A stretch of 63,992 nt of DNA, the filler included, from Folioceros fuciformis (Eukaryota): NCBI GenBank assembly GCA_049999805.1. It is 5 parts of 5 records of this genome, joined end to end, with 100 filler letters (N's around TTAATTAATTAA, not from the genome) between each part and the next. Parts side by side here need not be neighbours in the genome. Positions count along the whole stretch, not along the records: positions 49,981 to 62,265 come from JBNGIO010003253.1; positions 62,366 to 63,992 come from JBNGIO010003258.1; 3 more parts are not named here. One strand, given 5' to 3'. A program made the translations under genes and the position numbers. The stretch's first letter is position 1; every line of letters begins with the position of its first letter. The notes beneath the pieces were generated by a model. The model had not been told where the DNA came from and made no database searches. It saw nothing but the letters and a program-made list of their open reading frames with translations. Of the stretch, positions 58,899 to 63,992 are shown piece by piece.

Positions 58899-61800
58899 TG
58901 TTGTTCTCCTACGCGCGAGCACACGAACTAAGAAAGACAATGGATTATCATTACTACACTCACAGCGCATACACAATCTGCCCTTTGGAGGCATGAGTGC
59001 TGAATGTTGCGATCTAAACGTCGTGACTCTTCGCTATCTACCAATGAGAGCTATTGCTAGTGATCAATGACTAAGCGCTGTCTTAACTAGATTATGCTAA
59101 CACTCCCACTAGACAACTGGCTTGGTCATGCCCAATCCTGTAACGCATCTCTGATGCTGCTCCTTGGGTAGAGACTTTGTCAAAACATCTGCCAAGGTCT
59201 GCTCAGAGCAACAAAATGCGAGAGTGATTTCTCCTGCTGCCACCATCTCTCGGATAAAGTGGTATCGGATTTGTATGTGTTTCGTTCGCCCGTGGTATCT
59301 TGGGTCTTTCGACAAGGCTATGCACGCTTGATTGTCACAATAGATCACAGTCAGACCAGGTTGAGGTTGTTGTAAATCTGTAAGAAGTCTTCGGATATAA
59401 ACGCAGTCCTTGGTCATTTCTGCTGCTGCAATATCCTCAGCCTCCGTGCTCGATTGAGCAACAGTGGCTTGCCTTTTGCTTGACCAAGCGATAGCTCCAC
59501 CACCAAGCATGAGTACGTAGCCCCTGGTGGACTTTCTAGAGTCTTGGTCACTGCCATAATCAGAATCACAAAAGCCAGTGAGAGTGAGACCATCCGAAGA
59601 TGACAAACCTCCATACTTTAGTCCGTGATCAGCAATTTCCTTCATGTATTATAGCGTCTGCTTGGCTGACTGGCAGTGATTGTCCCCTAGGTTAGAGGAG
59701 AACTAAGACGATGTAAAGGAAAGATCACCACAAGTACACACGCTAGCATACATGATTGAACCTATGACTGGTTGGTAAGGAAAACCAGACACAGCCGATT
59801 TTTCTTCGTTAGTCTGGGGAGAGTCTGCCTTCGTCAGCTTCTTGTTGGCCTCCATTGGTGTGCTCACACCATTGGAATTCGACATGTTAAATCTCTCTAA
59901 CACAGAATGAATGTACTGTTTTTGAGTTAGAAACATAGTTCTTAGCTCGGTTACGAAGAACCTGTATGCCTAGGAAAAACTCAATAGCTCCAACATCCGT
60001 CATGTCAAATTCTGCTTGAAGGAGTGCCTTGGTACGAGCTAGCAAATCAAGATCCTTAGTGAGTAGGATGGTGTCATCAACCCAAAGACCTAGAGCTATG
60101 AATTCACCATTCTCATGCTTGATGTACAAGGAGGAATCTGCAGAGCTTTTGTCAAACCCGTGTCTGAGCAAGTACTCATTGATCCTGGCATTCTAGGACC
60201 TTGGGGCTTGCTTCAAGCCGTAGATGGATTTCTTTAACCTACACACTTTGTTAGCAGTACCTGGTGAAGTGTAACCTTCGGGCTGCATCATGTAGATTTC
60301 TTCCTCTAGATGACCATGCAAAAATGCAGTTTTTACATCTAGCTGGTAGACTTCCATATCTAGCATGGTGGCCAAGGACAGCAGGACACGCACAGTTGCC
60401 AGCCGCATGACTGGCGAGAAAGTGTCCTCATAATCTAAGCCTTGAACCTGGCTATAGCCCTTGGCTACAAGTCTAGGCTTATAGCGACTAATCTGTCCAG
60501 ATGAATCACATTTATGCTTGAACACCCATTTGCAGGTGATGGGTTTTCTACCATGTGGGAGATCAACTAATTCCCAAGTACCATTCTGTATGAGGGAATC
60601 ATACTCGGGCTGTATGGCTTGCTCCCACTGTTTTGACATGGGGCCAGACAATGACTCTCTCATGGTCACAGGCTAACGAGCCTCCGATGCTTTCAAAGGA
60701 GTTTCTTTATAATTTGCTAAATAAGAAAGGTATGAAAAGTCGGGGTCACGTTTAGGTTTTAACTTCCTACCTGCCCTGGAGTGTAGCCGAGATTGGGATG
60801 CTTCTGCTTGTGGCGCCAACAATCTTTCCACCACATCCCCACCAGATTGGGGAGGCACAAGACGAGGCGACCCAGGAACAGGGCGCTCGGGGGGGAACGA
60901 GAATCTAGAAGGAAGCACCACAGGCATGGCACTAGTAGGGGAGAGAGGCCAAGCCCCACCATAGTCCTCAATATCTGAGGAAGAGGCAGGAAAGGAGGGA
61001 GAAATAGGGGTACCTCGGGGAGGGGTAGTTGGAGTAGGAAGGAGCGCAGGCAGCGGGCCTGGGGTTTGCACCACCGGGGTTGGCAGGACAGGAGGGGGCA
61101 CCACAAGGGCAGGGACAGCCGCAGGAATCACATGTGCCGGCAGCACCGCAGGGGAGCGCTCCTCCAGCAGAGGATATTCCAAGAGATCACTAGCGCCAGG
61201 GTATGGAGGGCTTATGGTGCGAGAGGGAAGAGCTCCTACTGGCACTGGGCTGCCATTGAAACGAGATTCATCGAAGACCACATCTTTGGCCACGATGATC
61301 TTATGGGCTGCAAGATCATAGAGGCGATAGGCCTTCGATTCTAGACTGTAGCCTACCAACACACAGGTGAGGGCCTTGGAATCAAGTTTGCGGCGCAAAT
61401 CCTTGGGAATGTGTGCATAGGCGTAGCAGCCAAAGGTCCGTAGATGAGAGATAGAAGGCTTTCGACCCGTCCAAGCCTCCTCTGGAGTGATGTTGGGGAT
61501 AGCACTAGTTAGTACACTATTGTGCAAGTAGGCTGCTGTGGAGATGGCCTCCGCCCAAAGGGCATTGGGAAGGCCGGCTGCCTTAAGCATTGTACGAGCG
61601 GCCTCCACAAGCGTGCGATTGAGGCGTTCACTGACCCCATTTTGCTCAGGTGTATATGATACAGTAAGTTGTCTCTGAATACCCGACCTTGAGCAATAGT
61701 CCTAGAATGCATGATTACAAAATTATGTGCCATTGTCGGTGTGAAGGAGGTGAATCTTTTGCCCATGTTGTGTTTCTGCGTGGGTGCGATAGGACTTAAG

Positions 61801-62265
61801 AGCATCCAGGACATCACTCTTTTGGCGTAGAAAAGGGTCCCTGTACCGGTACGAGTCTTGTCCCCTCCACAATGGTCCATACTTTTTCTTTTCGTAGAAG
61901 AAGTTGCATCTTGGTTTTCCATGTTGAGTAGTTGCTGCCGTTAAAAGCTTTGAACATGAGACGAATACTATCTGGCCGGGGTATGCCTACCATAATGTGC
62001 TTCTACCTAAAAACTACATGCAATTTTACTGAGTGGGTAATGTATTGGGCTGACTATAGTCATTTGTGCAGGTTAGAATTTGCTCCAATTCTGAGATTGA
62101 TGAGTCTTCATCATGAAGTCGTGCTTGATGCAAAAATTGTCTATCCTGCACAAGTTGCCGAGTTCGTCTTTCTACCATTCCATGCTCATGGGAAGTGAAG
62201 GAATTTGTGGAATTTCCATTTTCCTTGTGATGGTCACCTAGAAGGATCTAGAGTAGCTCTGATAC
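58899..62265 (-). mobile_element. Copia element 5, internally deleted; 3' LTR ~58899-59102, PBS at contig end 62256-62265
   Basis: Gag start 61993 (FNGSNYSTWKTKMQLLL...WTIVEGT) joined to integrase (FLRQKSDV...HTDNG...YTPEQNG). RT QLDVKTAFLHG/WVDD, RNase H GFCDSDYG/ADVLTKSL; PPT AGTGGGAG before TGTTAG. Confidence 0.92.
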
Positions 62266-62365
62266 NNNNNNNNNNNNNNNNNNNNNNNNNNNNNNNNNNN
62301 NNNNNNNNNTTAATTAATTAANNNNNNNNNNNNNNNNNNNNNNNNNNNNNNNNNNNNNNNNNNNN
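62266..62365. other. Assembly spacer
   Basis: Same N/TTAATTAATTAA/N linker. Confidence 0.98.
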
Positions 62366-62898
62366 TCGAAATGTGCCTGCAAAAAGGTTTCTTGTTCTGT
62401 CATGCTCATCTTCAAAAAACAATATCGCAACTCTCTGAATCCTGGTTTGCCAAGCAGTCTCAGACATTGTCTTGCACAGCATATCTTTCTATAATCAAGG
62501 GAAATGCGAAGCTTTGAACACTTAGCCTCTAATATTGTTGAAGGTCTCTTCCAGCAACATTGTCGATGATCTAAGGGTGTTTCGATCATTGACTCCGACG
62601 CCGGCTTCCGATTAAAGGCTGACCGCTGGCTAGGTGTTTGTCTTGAATCCGAACACTCTTGACTGCAACCCCCTTCTTCATTCGCATTCATGGAATCGTT
62701 CACTTCCTGCATATGTGTTCCAGTACCTAGGCCCCAACCTTTTGCGCCACTCCCTCCCGAGAACTTACGAACATCGACGTTTCCCCGTAGCGGTGTAGTC
62801 TTCATCACTGCGCCCACAAATGAATGTCGTGGAGATGACGGGCTTGGAGTACTGTGCACTTCGTCCAGAATACTGAGCCGGATTGGCGACGACCTCAA
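62366..62898 (-). other. Partial ORF with a Cys-rich motif, possibly the N-terminal region of a DNA transposase; cut by the gap
   Basis: CCARQCLRLLGKPGFRELRYCFLKMSMTEQETFL resembles recalled CCxxxCL...R..F.....EQ..FL segments upstream of Sola-like cores; weak support. Confidence 0.3.
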
Positions 62899-63992
62899 CT
62901 CCTAAAACTGATGTCTGGAAGGATGATCCCCTGGGGATTAGAATCATCCACGGATTAGTAAAACAGAAGCAAATCATAGTCATGTGAATCCACGATAACA
63001 AAGCATCGTCCGCTCTTCCAAACCTTCTTCGTTACTATCTTCATAGAAATTCTCCATACCGCGACACGATGATGAAGATTTGTTTGCCATGGAAGCATGA
63101 AAGAACAAAGTGTGTGTATACCCTTCGGCTTGGCTGGATTTCAAATCTCCTGTGTTGTAACAAGGCCCTACACCAAGTCCCGAAGTGCAGGTCATTAATG
63201 CAATGAGAACATTAGACCAAAAATAGAACTAGCTGTTCAACGAGAATCGGCGCTGCAAATGACCATCATCATGCTAATTCGATTTGAACGTTTGAGTCAA
63301 AATAGAACTAACTGTTCAGTGAGAATCGTCGCCTGATACGACCCACATCACGCTATAAATGCATTGGCGGTCGGTAACAGTGAATATTCGATTTCAGCTG
63401 AATAGTTCGTTTTCGAATTCTTTCTTGTACAAATCTGGTGCTTGGGAACTTCTTCCACAATAGCTTGCATCTCCAGAAAAGACTACGTGTTGTGCGACTC
63501 TTCCCTTGTTGGGTGCACAGCAATGGCATCTGGTCGTCGTAGCAACAAACTTCAGCTTGTGGATAGGGATGTTGAGGCGCTTCCAAGAGTTCGAAAGCAA
63601 AGGAACGCCGGGAAAGCAACTGCGTGAGCGTTGTCTGGTCACAACCCCAACAGAGATGGATACCAACCTGCACCACCCGCTGGTGAAGAGGCTACTCCCA
63701 TTGCCCAGACTGCCGGAGGAAGAAAGGATAACTCAGGTGGGAGCGAGAGAGCGTCCAATTCAAAATCAAGCAAAGGACCTCTGAACCACATTCCAATGAC
63801 TGTGAATCATGGAGGCAATACAGGAGGTAGTCGGAATTACAACATTCCAAATGCCTACAACTTTGTAGAGCGATTGAGACTGAAGAAGTTAGAAGACACT
63901 CTGGCCAAAAGATTCAACACTGACAAGGAATGGTTTTTGATAGCTGAAGATGAGCCTGATGACTTGAACTTGTCGTGGATTCCTCTTGTTGC

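Noticed and set aside
63219-63335. Two ~34-bp imperfect direct repeats (AAAATAGAACTA.CTGTTCA..GAGAATCG.CGC) 80 bp apart
   Set aside because: Only two degenerate copies in a eukaryotic context; not CRISPR, and no function can be supported.
63506-63992. Coding-like stretch running off the window end
   Set aside because: Interrupted and without recognisable motifs; insufficient evidence.

Overview
Nuclear genomic DNA from a land plant, most likely seed-free. The evidence is compact genes with ~70-130 nt introns, a DYW:KP-type PPR relic and a probable axoneme/microtubule-related protein; a hornwort-like genome fits but is not proven. The window is five contigs joined by artificial 100-nt N/TTAATTAATTAA/N spacers. 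Host genes: a trihelix (GT/Myb-SANT-like) exon that appears to splice in phase into a complete NMNAT, DNA polymerase eta-like, RWDD4-like, SSU72 (with a U12-type intron), a coiled-coil/dynein-stalk-like protein with an EEY tail, TIC32-like SDR, a divergent intronless AP2-domain ORF, SIP aquaporin, PYRD and eIF2B-epsilon. There are also PPR-DYW and P450 pseudogenes. The rest is nested LTR retrotransposons (at least six Copia copies or fragments, a chromodomain-bearing Gypsy, a Gypsy fragment) and Sola-like transposase remnants. The most notable observations are the predicted trihelix-NMNAT fusion gene and two distinct Copia elements that share an unusual layout: extra sense coiled-coil ORF, gag-pol, then antisense ORF. 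All protein-family calls are by eye and from recalled motifs; no searches were run.
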